DNA from: Phaeosaccion multiseriatum
Taxonomy: Eukaryota > Protista > Ochrophyta, other classes
Assembly (NCBI GenBank): GCA_965112735.1
Contig: OZ218962.1
Location: 248,001 to 312,000, forward strand
Direction: 5' to 3'
Length of the DNA: 64,000 nucleotides
Positions 1 through 13,638 of this stretch are shown one piece after another (within the stretch, counting starts at the first letter, position 1; every line of letters begins with the position of its first letter). Below the pieces are notes generated by a model. The model saw nothing but the letters and a program-made list of their open reading frames with translations, made no database searches and was not told the origin of the DNA. The position numbers and the translations under genes were made by a program.

Positions 1-938
1 CGCCGGCTTTCTGCGCAGCACTCTTCAGGAGAATCACCCTCTTTTCACGACACAGCTCTTCCGAGATCAAAGGTTGCTGGCGGACCTTTCAGAGCATGTC
101 GTGCTGAAGTATCCGGACGAGACGGACGAGATTTCTGCAACCGGGATTCCTCCCCACGTCGTGCAGCTGAGGCAATTCCAAGTCGTGGCGGACAGCGTGG
201 CCTCTCTAGGCGGCAAGCTTGAGGTGTTGGGCCAGACGATCAAGGTCGACTTGGAGACGCTGATCCGTGACGTTCTGGAGGAGAATGCACAGGCCTCTGG
301 CACTGTCACCAGTCTGGGTGTGAGCAGGGCCCTGCAGACGACCCTCGACGCAGCCTTTTCTAAGAGTGGGCTCAGCGACCTTCTCGCGGCTCACCAGGCA
401 GGCACTCTGGGCCTTGGTGAGGGTTCGAGCAGCGCCCCGCCCTCTTCTTCTTCTTGTGCAGGTGCAGATCAGCCACCTCTGTATCTCTACAACGGCCGGT
501 GGCATACCCTTCCCGAGCACTTTGAGGTCCCTAGCTTCACTGTGCGCGCTGCTTGGGAATTCACGACAGCAGACGTGCAGGGGAGGGCGGAGAAGCGAAG
601 GATGTCAAAATTTTGCTGTTTGATGGGTGCGATTGAATCCGCGGCGAAAGAAAAGGGGCTCTGGAAGGACAAGCCGACGCTTGAAGAAGCGCGAAGCATG
701 TTTGACGCAGTCAAAGACGCCTTTGACATCAAGTCTCGTTCTGATTCTCACAAGCGCCGCTTCAATCAGCTGGTGTGGACCACCGTGTATAATTTATGGA
801 GCGCGCAGCAGGCGGACGCGAAAAAACGGGCGAAGCGGGCGAGGGCGAAGGAAAGTGGCACTGGTGCAGACGAGTCGAAGGAGGGGGATGGAGGTGATAG
901 CGGTGCAGAGGACGACGAGGAGGGAGGTGGCAGCAGCA

Positions 939-972
<34 letters not shown>

Positions 973-1357
973 AACAGGAGGAGGCGGAGCCGGAGGAGGA
1001 CGAGGAGGAAGGGGTGGGGGAAGGGGGGCCCAAAAAAAACAGCGTACTGGTACTGGTACTGCTTCTGATGCTGCTTCTGCTGCTGCCTCTGATGCGGCCG
1101 CTGCGGCCGCTACTGCCGCTGCTGCCGCGTCAGCAGCGCCGTCGTTGGGCGGCTTGAGAGAGGGAGACATGGCCTTCACATGCTCGTATGGCTGTACTAA
1201 GCCCTCGCAAGTCAAGCTGTTCCTCTGCCCATCCGAAAGAGCGTGTGGAAACCTCGTGCACCACATGTGCACCGTCGAGTTTTGCGACAGCAAGGGTTTT
1301 GCGGAAGGCGATTTTGACTACTACTGTAAGCCATGCATGATTGAGGACGGACACTAA
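1..1357 (+). mobile_element. CryptonS-like (tyrosine-recombinase transposon) ORF, C-terminal part, with a terminal PHD-like Cys/His finger; 5' part lies outside the window
   Basis: Frame +2 is open from the window start: AGFLRSTLQENHPLFTTQLFRD...ISATGIPPHV...YNGRWHTLPEHFEVPSFTVRAAWEF...KRRFNQLVWTTVYN. I recall these motifs from the C-terminal region of stramenopile CryptonS proteins. The ORF ends in CSYGC...CPSERAC..LVHHMC...YYCKPC. The recombinase core is not in the window. Confidence 0.65.
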
Positions 1358-1500
1358 GTGTGTCTGTAAATATGAATACCATTGTTATCGTGGTAATACC
1401 ATTAAATCGTCATATCATAGCGTAGTATATTTTGGAGGAGGAGGGGAGAGATACACACACAAAAAAGGAGGGGGGGGGGGAGGGGCGCTACTGGTCCATA

Positions 1501-1561
1501 TTGGGTACTGTACTAAAAATACCCACTTTTAAAAAAATTGGGTACTAAAAATACCCACTTT
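1501..1561. repeat. Direct repeat pair (TTGGGTACT...AAAAATACCCACTTT), putative subterminal repeat of the Crypton-like element
   Basis: Two near-identical copies at about 1501-1529 and 1538-1561, about 140 bp after the ORF stop. They are preceded by CCATA (1496-1500), the reverse complement of TATGG. Confidence 0.55.
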
Positions 1562-2357
1562 CACCGAGTGGGGCATCTCGCCCCACCAAAACCGGTCATC
1601 AATAGATAAACTTGTCCAAGGGGAAGAAAAGAAAAGCCAATGAGCCTGGAGCCTGGAGGAGGGAGAGTTCGAGTTAGCCGTGCGTGCGGTCAAGAGGTCC
1701 GTCAAGCAAGAGGTGGCTGTGCTTGGCTGATGTTGAGGCGGCGGGTGGCTGAGGCGCGGCAGCAAGTCCGAAGAGGCAGCCAGTGAAGCCAGGACGTTGC
1801 ATTCGATATATATTCGCTTCTTGCATTGATTCATCCCTTGCTTGTACTTCATCTGATTGCTTGTACTTCTTCTAATTCATCCCTTGCTTGTACTTCATCA
1901 GTACAAGGCGAGATAGTAAGAAGAAAAAAATCGCTCAAGCTGCTGCTCTGCTCAGGGGGGGGGGGGGGCTGCGTTCGCTCCAAGCGCCGCCAAGAGTTAC
2001 TCACCGGTGGGCAGCATTCCGACCCCTCTCCCCTCTCCTCGTACCACTTACCACACACATAATCACACAAACACACACACACGCGCACGCGCACACACAT
2101 ACGGACATACGGACACAAATACGGACAGAAATAAAAAAGAACAAAAAACAAAAAACAAAAAACAAAGACAAAAGTAAGAAAAGGGCCCCTTTTGCCCCAA
2201 GGAAAGCCCCTCTGCGAGTGAGCACTGGCCGCGAAGCCACCAAGAGCACAAGCCTCTTTCTTGTGGCTGCCTGTTCGCCCCCACCTTCCCTTCCCTCCCC
2301 TCCCCTCCCCTTCCCTCCCCTCCCCTCCTCCCACCTCCCTCCCAGCCACCTCAGACG

Positions 2358-3207
2358 CTACTTCCACCTCGGCCTATCCCTCTCCCCCCCCACCGCCGGG
2401 CTGCCCGGCCGCTGCTGCAATCCCGACCCCACCCCCGCCCCGAAGCCCGATCCTCCTGGCCCTACGGTAGCGTAGTAGCCACTCGGGCCCGACTTGGGTG
2501 CTGGGCTGGGCGCCCTCCTACGCTGCTGCCCCACGGGGTACAAGCCGGAGGAGGCTGCACTAGCACTACCTGGTGTCGGGGCAGGAGCCGTGGAAGCACG
2601 AGGGGCGGGGCTGGCCGATCGGCCCCTCCTGCTCTGCTGCATGGCCTGTTGCTGCTGTATCACCAACTGCTGCTGCTGCTGCTGCTGCTGGTGATGCATG
2701 GAATGCTGCATGCCCGCCAGAGACATGGCCATGGCAGCCGACGCGGAAGCCGCGCCCCCCGCCCCTCCTCGAGTGCCCCTGTCTGCCGAGAAGCGCCGCC
2801 GCGGCCCTGTTTCTGGCCCTGGTCCTGGCCCTACCCCCCGCCCCCTCTCGCCTCCTCCCCCTCCTGCTGCTGCTGTATCACCAACTGTCGTACTACTGTA
2901 CGCATTGAAAAGGTTCTGCGTCACGCCCATCCTGCCCATGGTCATACTCATACCCCCGCCCGCTCCCGCGCCCGCGCCCACGCTCCCGTCCGTCGAGCTG
3001 TCTTCAAAGGAGAGCTGTCGGGAGGGGCCCGGGCGCTGAGCGGGGCTCCTCCCTTGGGACGAGGCCGAGGACGCTCGCTTCGTGTTCGTCGAGAGAGCGG
3101 TGGGCTGCTGCTGCTGCGCTTGTCTGCTGTTGCTCCTTCCTCGTGACTGCCTGTTGCCGTCTCTACTCCCCCTCCCGCTGGCCCCGCCCAAGTCCTCGCC
3201 ACTCCTC

Positions 3208-3244
<37 letters not shown>

Positions 3245-3577
3245 TGCTCGCTCTCTTGTTCCGCGTCGGAGCGGGGGAGCCGTAACGGTAAGTCGGGGGC
3301 GCTTTGCTTCGTCCTGACCCCATCCTGCCCCCGCCGGACCCAGGAGAGGGTTTCCGAGCGGAGGAGGAGGGAGAGCGAGACATGAGGCCGGGGGACTCCC
3401 CTCCCACGGGGCTTAGCGTGTCTGACACGGGGCCAGCCCAGCCGTAAGTCAGTGACGGGGCCTGCGGGGAGTCTTGGCCGCCGTACCCACCGTTCTGCTG
3501 CTGCTGTTGACGCCTCTGCCTGAGCTCTTCCTGCTGGTGCTGCTGGAGGTACTGCTGATACTGCTGCTGTACCACCA

Positions 3578-3621
<44 letters not shown>

Positions 3622-4595
3622 TGTTGTTGCAGCTGCTGCTCCTGCATCTGGTACACCTGCTGCTGCTGAAGGGCGGAAGACGGGTTGCCGCTGCTCCCCG
3701 TGCTGCCGCGCCGGTTGGTTGCCCACCTCTGGCTTGCGTCGCCATTTGCACCTCTGCCAAGGACACCGGTGCAGAGGTCAGCAGGAGTGGACAAGGTGAG
3801 GAGTCGAGGACAGGGGTTACGGGAGGGTGGCAGTCGTGGTCATTAGGAGGGAAAGCCACACTTGACAGAGCGAAGCTCCCCGCCATCGCCACGGAAGAAA
3901 GCGTTGGGTGTAACGGTTTGAAGCGCATGGATACTGATCTATCGAGGTAAACAACAACTGAAACTCAACGCGTGCCACTCACCTCGCGCTGGGGAGCATG
4001 CCCACCGTGGCTCGGACGGGTCCTCCTTGCTGAAACGCCGCCATGCCTCCTCCTCCTCCTCCTCCTCCTCCTCCTCCGCCTCCTCCTCCTCCTCCTCCTC
4101 CTCCTCCTCCACCACCACCACCACCACCACCACCACCACCACCACCACCGCTGGCAGGCCGAGCCCCGCTCTTGCTTGTGCTGTTCGTGACATAGCTGCT
4201 GCTACTACCACCGTTGCTACTGGCCTTCGTGGGGGAGGAGGAGGACGACGACGACAGCCCCGAGCTTCGGATCTCGCGCAGTGCGGACGTTGTCATTTGT
4301 GAGCCCTCCGAAGCACCATCTCTCTTGCTGCTGGTGATGCTGTTGCTGCTGCTGGTACGGCTGCTGGCAGTGAGCCCACCGCTGCCGCTGTTGGTGATTC
4401 CGTTGCTGCTTGCGGTGCGGTGAGGGCTGGGCATGGCGGGGGGGCGAGCCTGACGCGCTGAGCCGGGCCGCGCCCCTCCCACCACCACCTCACCTCCCCC
4501 TCCTCCTGCTGCTGCTGCCCCAGGAGAGGGAGGAGCAAGCAGCGGTCCACTACCCCCTCTCTCACTCTCACCGGGAAAGGTGCCGGTGGTCGCCA

Positions 4596-4634
<39 letters not shown>

Positions 4635-5892
4635 GGTAAAGGAGACTGTTACTCGATCCAGACGGCATGAGTCCGTACGGCGGGTACCCCTGCTCCCGAG
4701 ACCCAATCTGCTGAGTCGTCGGGGAACCCTGAGCCCCACCGTCGCCTTGCTGCTGCGCCGCCATCCGGCTGCCCATATGACTGCCGTTGCTGCTGCTACT
4801 GCTGCTGTCCCCCCCCGGGGACGCAGGGCCTATCCGCTGGAACAGGGGTTGCTGCTGCTGTTGCTGTTGCTGCGACTGGGATGGAGAGTGGAGCTGCTGT
4901 GGGAGCTGCGTCCACCCCTGCCCTGCTCCCACTCCCGTTCCTGCCGCCGCCGGCTGTGGACTCGAGGAACCTGGACTCGGCTTGGGACTCGGCGGTTTCC
5001 GCTTCGTGGGGTTTGGCTGCTGGGCAAGCTCCTGCAGGGAGGCGGCGGCTGCTCTGCTTGCCTTGGGGCCCCAGGCGTTGCCGTCAGCGTCGCTTGTGCT
5101 GTTGGTGCTGCTGTTGTCGTTGCTGCTGCTGCTGCTGGTGCTGCTGCCAATGCCAGGGGCACTGGCACTGCCCATATGCTTCCTGTGGCTGCTGCTGCTG
5201 CTGCTACTCTTGGTAGGGGACGCTACTGGAAGATCGAAGTCCGACACAGAGTCCATCGACTGAGATGAAGAACTGCGACGGTACGACCGAGGGTTGCCAG
5301 GCTGGGGTTGTGGGGGGGGGGGGGAGGAAGCAGGAGAGGAGGGAAACGGCAGGACAACAAAGAATAAAGGTGAGGGAGGGAAGGAGGGAAGGAGGGAAGG
5401 AGGGAAAGCAAGAAAGGAAGAAAGCGAGGGGTGCCTGTGCCCTCGCACCAGGCGCACACGGCACTCAGCAAGTCATTGAGTGCGTGGCGGCTCACTCGAC
5501 TTGCACACAGCGCAGCCCGACCGATGGCGATGGCACCTCACGCACCTCTCTAAGAAGCAAAGACGAGGAGGTCGTGGTGCTTCCCGTGGAGTCGTCCTCG
5601 CCGCCCCCAAACTGCTGCTGCTGTATCGCCAACTGCTGCCCCTCCTGGCCGGACCTCGCAGAGGACACACTGAGGTTCTCGGTGAAGCTCTCGGAGGACT
5701 CCGACGAAGAACTGCGACCAACGCTCTTGGCACTCGGGGCAGCCAGGCTGCTGGACAGAGTGGCGTTCGGAGGTGGGGGCTGGGTGTGGGGCTGGCGTTC
5801 GTGGTGGTGGTGCTGCTGCTGCTCCTTCTGTCCTTCCGACGCGTCCCTCCCACCAACTCCACTACTACTGCTCCTACTACTATTGCTACTAT

Positions 5893-5936
<44 letters not shown>

Positions 5937-8900
5937 TTACTATTACTACTATCACCCCCAGCACCACCACCACCACCACCACCACCACCAGTAGCAGCAG
6001 CGGCAGGCGCCCCGGCTGTCGCACCAGAAGAGGCAGACTCCATGTGTTTGCCCCTGGCCGGCCTCTCCCCCCCCTGCTTGGGGGAGCGTGAACCGTCCTC
6101 AACCTCTCTGACCAGCGCGCTGAGCCTTCTCTCAGGGCTGGTCCAGCGGTTATTTTCCGCCTTCTCGCACTTGTCGTCTGTGGATTCTCCATCGTCGTAA
6201 TCTGTGGCGGTCTCCGCCCGCTTACCCCTCGTCCCTGCTGCGTCCTGCCCCTCTTGACTGCCTCGCCGGCGACGCCCGTTGCTATTTCCTCCCTCGTTCT
6301 CCTTCTCCTTGCTACGGCTTCGATGATGCTTCGACTTTTTGTCTCGACTCTTGCGCCGGTGGTGCCCCCCACCCCCTCCTGCCCCCCCCTCCTCCTTGTC
6401 TCCACCCTCCTCCTCCTCCTGCTGCTTCTCCCCACCCTCCTGCTCTTGCTCCTTCTCCTTCTGCTCGTCTCCGCCCTTCTTCTCGCCTCCGTTACTACCT
6501 TCCCCCTCACCCTGCCCATCCTTGCCGTCCTCGGACGTCCTCCTCCTCCGCCGCTTTCCGCCACTCTCTCCGGTCCCGAGGGGAGAAGACGCGTCCTGGC
6601 GCCTCTCCCTCTCCCCTCCTCGACCTTCGCTGCTGGCCTCCTTGGTCGCCACCCCTGCTCCCCCTCCACCTCCTGCCAGCAGCGGTGAAGCGCCCCCCGC
6701 CGTCTCCTTCTTTGCCTGGCTCACCACAGATGCCGCTGCAGCTCTCACTGCTGTATCACCAAGTGCTCCTACTTGTTGGCCCGTGGCATGACTGCCCTCG
6801 TCGAGCTCTTCCACCACCACGTCGGCCTCATCCTCGTCCGTGAGTTCGACATCCTTCCCTTCTCCGTCGTTGCCGACTCTGCCGCTCTCTGCGCTTGCTC
6901 CTCTCCCCTCTGATACGACAGGCCCACCACCACCACCACCACCACCACCACCACCACCACCACCACCAGCCCCTCCAGCCGCAGTTGGTGATACAGCAGC
7001 AGCGGTGACTTGCTCGCCTTGCTTGCTTTGCTTTTGCTGCTGCTCGACCTCGCCCTTGCCTTGCCCTCCCTGCTGCTGTATCACCAACTGCTGCTGCTGC
7101 TGCTGCTGCTGTGGTATCCTGTCTCCGGCCTCTCTCTTGGACACGGCATTGGCATTGCTGCTACTCTCCTGGTGCGTGGTGTCAGGCACTGTCGAAGTGG
7201 GGGCTCCACTCTGCCCGCCTCCTGCTCTCACCGCTGCCTCTCTCCCTGCCCCTGCTCCTGCACCTCTGCCCGTCGCCTTGCTCAGGCCCGTCTCCTTGGG
7301 CCTTTTGAGGATCCCAACTGGAGCCTTCCGCCCATGGCCCCCACGTAGACTCGGAGCCCCGTTCTGCCTTCCCTGGCCGAGCCGCTGCTGCTGTAGCGGC
7401 TGCTGCGGCTGCCCCTCCTGAGGGACGAGGGAGTTATAACTGCTATTGCGTGGCCGTTCGAGCGATCCTGCTCCTATCCCGCCGTTCCAAAAGTGCATGC
7501 TGCCGCTACCGCTACCGCTACCACTGCCACTACCTCCCTTCGATGACTTACTGCCTGACGATCCCCGGGGGGCGCTGGCCGAGGAGGAGTCTATCCATCG
7601 CAGTCGGGTGGCCTCGTGGTCCTGAAAGGGGATGCAGGGAGGCGGGATGGCGTCGATCTGGGCCTGGCTGTTGAGGTAAGAGGCTACAAGCACGCGCTCC
7701 TCCTCCGCCACCGCTTCTGTGGGATACAAGTCCATAGGATGGCAGTCGATGGGGAGGGGAGGGGAGGGGAGGGGAGGGGTTTACAATTCGGGGCTAGTGA
7801 GGGTTGAGGAAAACGTTTCATATCGGACAAGAGAAAGGCGAAGCGTCACCACACACCCCTTAGAAAGCGCCCTCAATGAAAATTCAAATGCAGCCCCCGT
7901 TGGACCCCCATAAATGTGTGGGAAACTGTGGGGGGGTTGTGTTCGCTGCTCCTCACTCACCATCTTCGCTGTCGGTTACGATGCCCCCCTGAGATACACG
8001 GAAGAGAGGACAAAGGGATTTAGCAAGAGGGTAAGGGCCAGGGGGAGGGAGAGGCAGGGGGGTTGAGGGAGGCGGAGCGGCGAGAGTCAAGTAACTGACT
8101 GGGGATGGCGACGACGCTGAGTCACAGATGACCACAGAGGAGCACCAACAGACCGCAAAGACGAATCTGCCCGCTTCTTTGCTCACCACCCCGAGCCAGA
8201 CTAGCGTCTCTTCTCCCTTGCTTCCCCGCCCCCGGATCGACCCCCCTTGGGACTGATACACCCCCCGGGACTGACCTCATTCTTGCCGCCCACTTGCCCC
8301 GTGGAGGCCCGGCGCTTCTTGGAGCCTGCAGCGCCCAAGCCCAGCAGGCCCTTCTTGCTCCCCGAAACCGCTCTGCCGCTTCCCCCCTTGCCGAAACCAC
8401 CCGCGCGAGAGGTTTCGGGCAGCACGATCCACTCTGAGTGGCGTTGTCGGTCCGCCTCTGTGGCTTCTCGGCCGCTGCCGAACCAAAGCATGGCGAGCCG
8501 CTTATCCAGCATGAACAACTGATGTGGTGCAGCGGGACAGGAGGAAAGATGCGCGGGTTGGGAGGGGGAGGGGGAGGGGGAGGGGGAGGGACGGACGTTA
8601 GCTACATGTTTCCCCTATTTCCATCTGTGGTTTGCCTAAAAGGAATGGATGTGAGGGCGGGTGTTGGGTACGCGGGACAGGGGACAGAGCACAGAGAACA
8701 GAGGACAGACGGTGAAGGACAGAGGACAGAAAAGCCAACTTGAACAACCAACTTGCCCAGGCCCTGCAACCCTCTCCCTGGCTCTCTTGTCCCTCCCCCC
8801 CCTGATTCTCCTTCCCCTCCTGCCCGACCCACCTGTTGCATGAAGCCGTGGTTGGGCGCGGCGTCCGGCCGCTTGCTGTAGAGGAAGTCTCTGACCTTGT

Positions 8901-10357
8901 CGAAGCCCCAGCGAAACTTTCGCATCATGTAGGCCATTACGCACGCCACGCAGCGGCTGAGGGGATCGAGATTCCAGAGTGTCGGGGGGTTCGAAACAGA
9001 GTATCGAGGAGGTCGAGATATAGAGGATGGATAGAGGATAGAGGAGTAGCAAGTGAGAGATTGAGTGAGTGAGTGACTGGTGTGAGTGGGTGACTGCAAG
9101 AGTGGGTCAGAGAGTGAGGGAGGGAGGGAGTGAGTGAGTGAGTGGGTGAGTGAGTGAGTGAGCGAGTGAGTGAGTGCGTGAGTGAGTGAGTGTGTGAGTG
9201 TGTGAGTGAGTGTGTGAGTGAGTGAGTGAGTGAGTGAGTGAGTGCATGAGTGAGTGAGTGAGTGAGTGAGTGAGTGAGTGAGTGAGTGAGTGAGTCAGTG
9301 AGTGAGTCAGAGAGTGAGGGAGGGAGGGATTGAGTGAGTGAGGAGGTCAGTGAGAGAATGTGCGAGTGAGCGAGTGGTGTGAGTGCGTGAGTGAGTGAGT
9401 GAGTGAGTGTGTGAGTGAGTGAGTGAGTGAGTGAGTGAGTGAGTGAGTGAGTGAGTGAGTGAGTGAGTGAGTGAGTGAGTGAGTGAGTGAGTGAGTGAGT
9501 GAGTGAGTGAGTGAGTAAGTAAGAGAGCGAGTGAGCGAGTGGGTCAGTGAGGACGCGGGTCAGGGAAGAGAGCATAAAAAACTGGACAGAAGAACAGACC
9601 TGTTGCCAAGCATGCTGTGCACGAGTACGGCGTCGCCATCGGTAAGAGCCTCGTCGATGAAGTCGGCGATCTGATTGATGACGATGTTCCCTCCGTCAAA
9701 CAGCGGGTACTGCACCGAGTCCTCCCAGGGGAAGGTGAGGTAGCGCAGACCGTGCTGCTCCCAGAGGTTCGGCAGCTGACGGCCGGCGCAGCTGGTTGGT
9801 GATGGGAGAGGAGTAGACACGGATGACAGCCGGGGGGGGGGGGGGGGGCATGATGATGTTACGTGGGGGTGGTGAGAACAGGGGGGGGGGGGGGGGGAGA
9901 ATGGGGGGGGGGGCAGAGAGAGAGGAGGTGGAGGGGGGGTTCAGAGAGAGGGGTGAGGAGGGGGGAGGAGACAGAGGGGGAGGGAGAGGGATGAGAGAAG
10001 AGGAGACAGACAGAAGAGAGACAGAGAAGGGAAAAGGAAGAGGAAGAATATGTGGACATGGAGAGGGAGAAATGGCCGGCGCCATGAGCATAGAGGACGG
10101 AGCGAGAAGAAAAACGCAAATGCGGGCACAAGGTCAGCACCGCTACAGTACGATGGTGCGGGGAAACACAGGAAGGAGTAATTTCGTCTTGTGCTTCTTC
10201 CCCGGTTCCAACCCCCCAACCCCCCTCTCTTGCAGTGCCATTTGCACATGCACACTCACTTGATTATATACGTGATTTTGTTGAGCTCGATGAACTCCGG
10301 GTCCTGACTGCTCTCGGCATCGCCGATGAACAGCCCGTCTTTAATTTTCGTGGCCAT
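2358..10357 (-). CDS. Large dual-specificity-phosphatase-fold protein (probable pseudophosphatase) with a long low-complexity C-terminus; multi-exon
   Basis: GT-AG exons 10357-10260 (MATKIKDGLFIGDAESSQDPEFIELNKITYII), 9791-9600, 8956-8833, 8518-8276, 7988-7961, 7716-~5500, ~5300-~3983, ~3790-2358. The joined signature is VLVHSMLGNSRCVACVMAYMMRKFRW...KRPDAAPNHGFMQQL. Boundaries of the 3' exons are approximate. Confidence 0.8.
9055..9545. repeat. (TGAG)n intronic microsatellite
   Basis: Long imperfect GAGT tetranucleotide tract in intron 2 of the DUSP-like gene. Confidence 0.95.
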
Positions 10358-11185
10358 TGCAAATGCAAATACTTACTGGACTACCCCCCTCCAGGAACTG
10401 CCACTGCCCGCCGCTGCAACCACAGAGAGCGTGTGTAGAAGAGAGCAAAGGGAGGTGAGAGAGCGGTGAGAGCCTCCAAGCGGGGGACTGGCAGAGGCAG
10501 ACAAGTCGGCTTCGCTGTTCCTATGCCCAGTGCAGAAGCAAGTAGGGAAGGAGGAATAGCACGCAGAGAAGGGACAAGAACGTGACGAACACACCAAAGA
10601 TACCTTCAGAGGCACAGGTCCGCCGCACCCCCTGCAGCCATCAAGGCCCCGTCTCGTCACTTGCAAAGAAGGAAGAGTGGGCGCCAGGCGAAGAGACGAT
10701 ATCAAGAAAGAATAGGAGAGACGCGGGGAAAGCCTTTCCTTCCGAGGCACCCTCCCTCAATGGGAAGTAGTGCTAGCAGCACAAGAGGTTCCTTGTATCC
10801 CTCCCATCCCTGCGGCTCCAAAAATCACTTTCCCCTCCTGCCAAATCGGTTTCGGCCTAGGAGAGAGCGTGTAGAGTGCCATCCTGGTGTGAACGTTCTC
10901 ACGATCTTCTCACCGTTCTCACCGTTCGTCACCAACCATACAAGAGATTGTGGGCTCAGTATTGGCGCGCTTGAGGTGAGTGGTGGCGTGATTGCGTTTG
11001 AGGCAGGCACGAAGGTGGTACGGTAGGAGGTTCATCCTGAGTGTGCCTTGGAGATGCCTCGCCTCTGCCTCATCAACGCGTACCTTCTGACTGACAAGAT
11101 GAGGGAGAGAGAGACAGACATGCTCATTTACATTGCTGTATTGCTGTACTGCGTGTGACGGGCAATAGTCCCCGGTCCGCACACA

Positions 11186-13116
11186 CTAATTGACGACGTA
11201 CTGCCCTGCTGCCCTGCTGCCCGCCTGCTCCTCCTGCTCCTCCTGCTCCTCCTGCTCGTCTCCGTCCCAGCGTATCCGGAGCGCGGGTAGCGTTTGCACA
11301 GCTTTGGCCACTCCGCTAGAGGTGAGACAGGGACAGTCATACGCCACCACTGTGAAGCGCCGCGACCGCCTCCACTCCATGAAGGCCTTGCTGCTCCTTC
11401 CGTCACCACTTCCAGCCGGCTGCCCTCCTCCTCCTCCTCCTCCTCCTCCTCCTCCTGCTGCTGCTGCTGCCTGTCCCCCTCTGCCGCTCGGCATGCCTGG
11501 CAGCCACCCGTGTGTCTCTCCTCTGTCGTCGTCTAATAGGTCGTTGGCGTTCGAGAAGGGGGGGGCGTTACCACTCGCCCACATCCATTCGCCGAGACTC
11601 AGCCCCCCCGCCTCCCATCCTTCGTCTGCAGCCCTCACCACTATCCCCAACTCTGACGCCGCAAGACCCTCGTACCACTGCTGCTGCAGCATCACTAGCT
11701 GCTGCTGCTGCTGCTGCTGACGATGGGGAGGAGGAGGTGGATTGCGAGAAAGCAAGCTCGTCAGTCGCCAGAGGGCTCTGTCACCGAACCAGGGGCTTCC
11801 GCTGAGATTAAGGCTCGTGAGTCCGATGAGACCCTCCACGAGCAGGCCCAGCAGGTCGGGCCCGGCCTGGCTCTCGATACTCCTGCACTGGATGAGGCCG
11901 AGTTGGCGTAGGGTAGGCAGTTGCGTGATGACACTGTGCAAGGAGGGGGGGGTGAAGAGGGGAAGAGAGAGAGAGAAGGGAGGGGGGGGAGAGCCAGAGA
12001 GGGGGAGAGCGAAAGAGAGGGAGAGGGCGAGGAAGAGCGATGTGAGGTTACTCTCCGACGACAACGGGCCTCGAGAGGACAGGAGTAGACACGCTGTAAG
12101 GCAAAGCTCGCTGCCAGAACAGGCCTCGAGAGGACAGGAGTAGACATGCTGTAAGGCAAAGCTCGCTGCCAGAACAGGACTCGATCATCCTCAGGGAAGC
12201 TCGCTGCCAGAACAGGACTCGATCATCCTCAGGGAAGCTCGCTGCCAGAACAGGACTCGATCATCCTCAGGGAACAAGTGCATCCCACTGAGCGCCTTTT
12301 CTCAGCCCTCTCCTCCATGCATCCCCTTGACAAGGACACGCCTTTGGACCGACATGCATCTCTTCTCACAGCTTGTGTAAGTGCGAAATAGGGCACACAC
12401 ACACGTACACACACACACACGCACACACACACACGCACACACACACACGCACACACACACACCTCTCTACAAAGTCCTCCGTGATGCTTGGACTCGACAG
12501 CTCCAGGGAAGTAAGGCTGTGGCAACCGCTCGCAGAGGCCGCCAAGCGGGAGGGGGCTTCCTCCCATCCACTCTCCTCCTCCTCCTCCTCCTCCTCCTCC
12601 TCCTCCTGCGCCTCCCCCCGCTGCTGTACCACCAACTGCTGCCCCCCAGGCAGCTCGCTCCCTTGCTGTAACCTGAGGGCGGGCAGTAAGCACGTGCGTA
12701 GTGCTTCCTCCCCAACACTGCCCCTCAAGCTGAGATGTTCCACCAAGGGAGAGCACAGCAGCTTCCCATTCAAGAGGCCGAGGGTACGAAAAAAGAGCGC
12801 CAGCAGCAGCGAGGGATGATTTTTCGACGCGGGTGAGAGAGGGGGTGAAGATGGTGGATGGCGCTCGCTGCCTACTCGAGGGGGGGCAGAGGTGTGGAAG
12901 CAAGCGCTGCACTAACCTCTACGTTGTAGTCGTGCACACCTCCTGCTGCGGAGGCCTCCTCGGACAGGGCAGACAGGCACGGAGCGGTCAGGAAAGAGAA
13001 GGCCTCCGCTGTGCCCGCATCGCTCTTATCGTAGCGGTAGAAATCCCTCCCTAAACAAAAGGCCGGGACGAAACACAGGCACAAGCTTGAGACAGGCGAC
13101 GAAAGACACTCAACCC

Positions 13117-13156
<40 letters not shown>

Positions 13157-13589
13157 TCTGCTGTATGCACAAGTCCGCGAGGGTTACGGTCCTCGTGTTC
13201 GTCTTCGCTCTTGGCCTCTTGGCTCGCCCGTTCCAGCCCCTGCGGCGGCTGCTACTGCTGCTGCCCTTGGCCTTTTCGCCTCCTGCTTCGGCTTCCTGCT
13301 CCTGCTGCCTCCTCTGCAGCTGCAGCTGAATCAGAGGGTGCCGCCCACCTACCCCACCCGACGCAGGGGTGATAACTGCGCTCCTATCTTGCAGCTTTCT
13401 GGACTCCAGCAGGCGCCTCAGCGTCCCCTGCCCTCTCATGGACAAGCTAGGCCTCCACCCCGCCCCTTTCCTCACTGTCCCATGTTGCAGGCCTCCGCTT
13501 GTCCGAATATCTTCCCATCCCTGAGCCACGCTCTGGTTGACGAGCTTCCGAGCGGCACCCTTGTTCTGCCCCTTCTTACGCCCCGGCAT
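11186..13589 (-). CDS. RNI-like leucine-rich-repeat protein with a BC-box-like motif (Rad7/AMN1-like architecture); multi-exon
   Basis: Exon 1 13589-13154 (MPGRKKGQ...TVTLADLCIQQI). Later exons read GRDFYRYD...DYNVE, LLCSPLVEHLSLRGSV...GCHSLTSLELSSPSITEDFVE, and VITQLPTLRQLGLIQCRSI...LTSLNLSGSPWFGDRALWRL...YDCPCLTSSGVAKAVQTLPALRI. LxxLxLxxC-type repeats are present. Confidence 0.6.
12070..12272. repeat. Intronic minisatellites (about 56-bp and 39-bp units sharing AAGCTCGCTGCCAGAACAGG)
   Basis: AAGCTCGCTGCCAGAACAGG occurs four times with tandemly repeated flanks. Confidence 0.9.
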
Positions 13590-13638
13590 CGTGAGTGTGG
13601 GTGGACGTATTGCCAATTTTTACTATTACCAAGGTGGG

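Noticed and set aside
8937-9575. THSL-repeat ORF or telomere-like repeat
   Set aside because: It is an intronic (TGAG)n microsatellite, not a telomeric unit.
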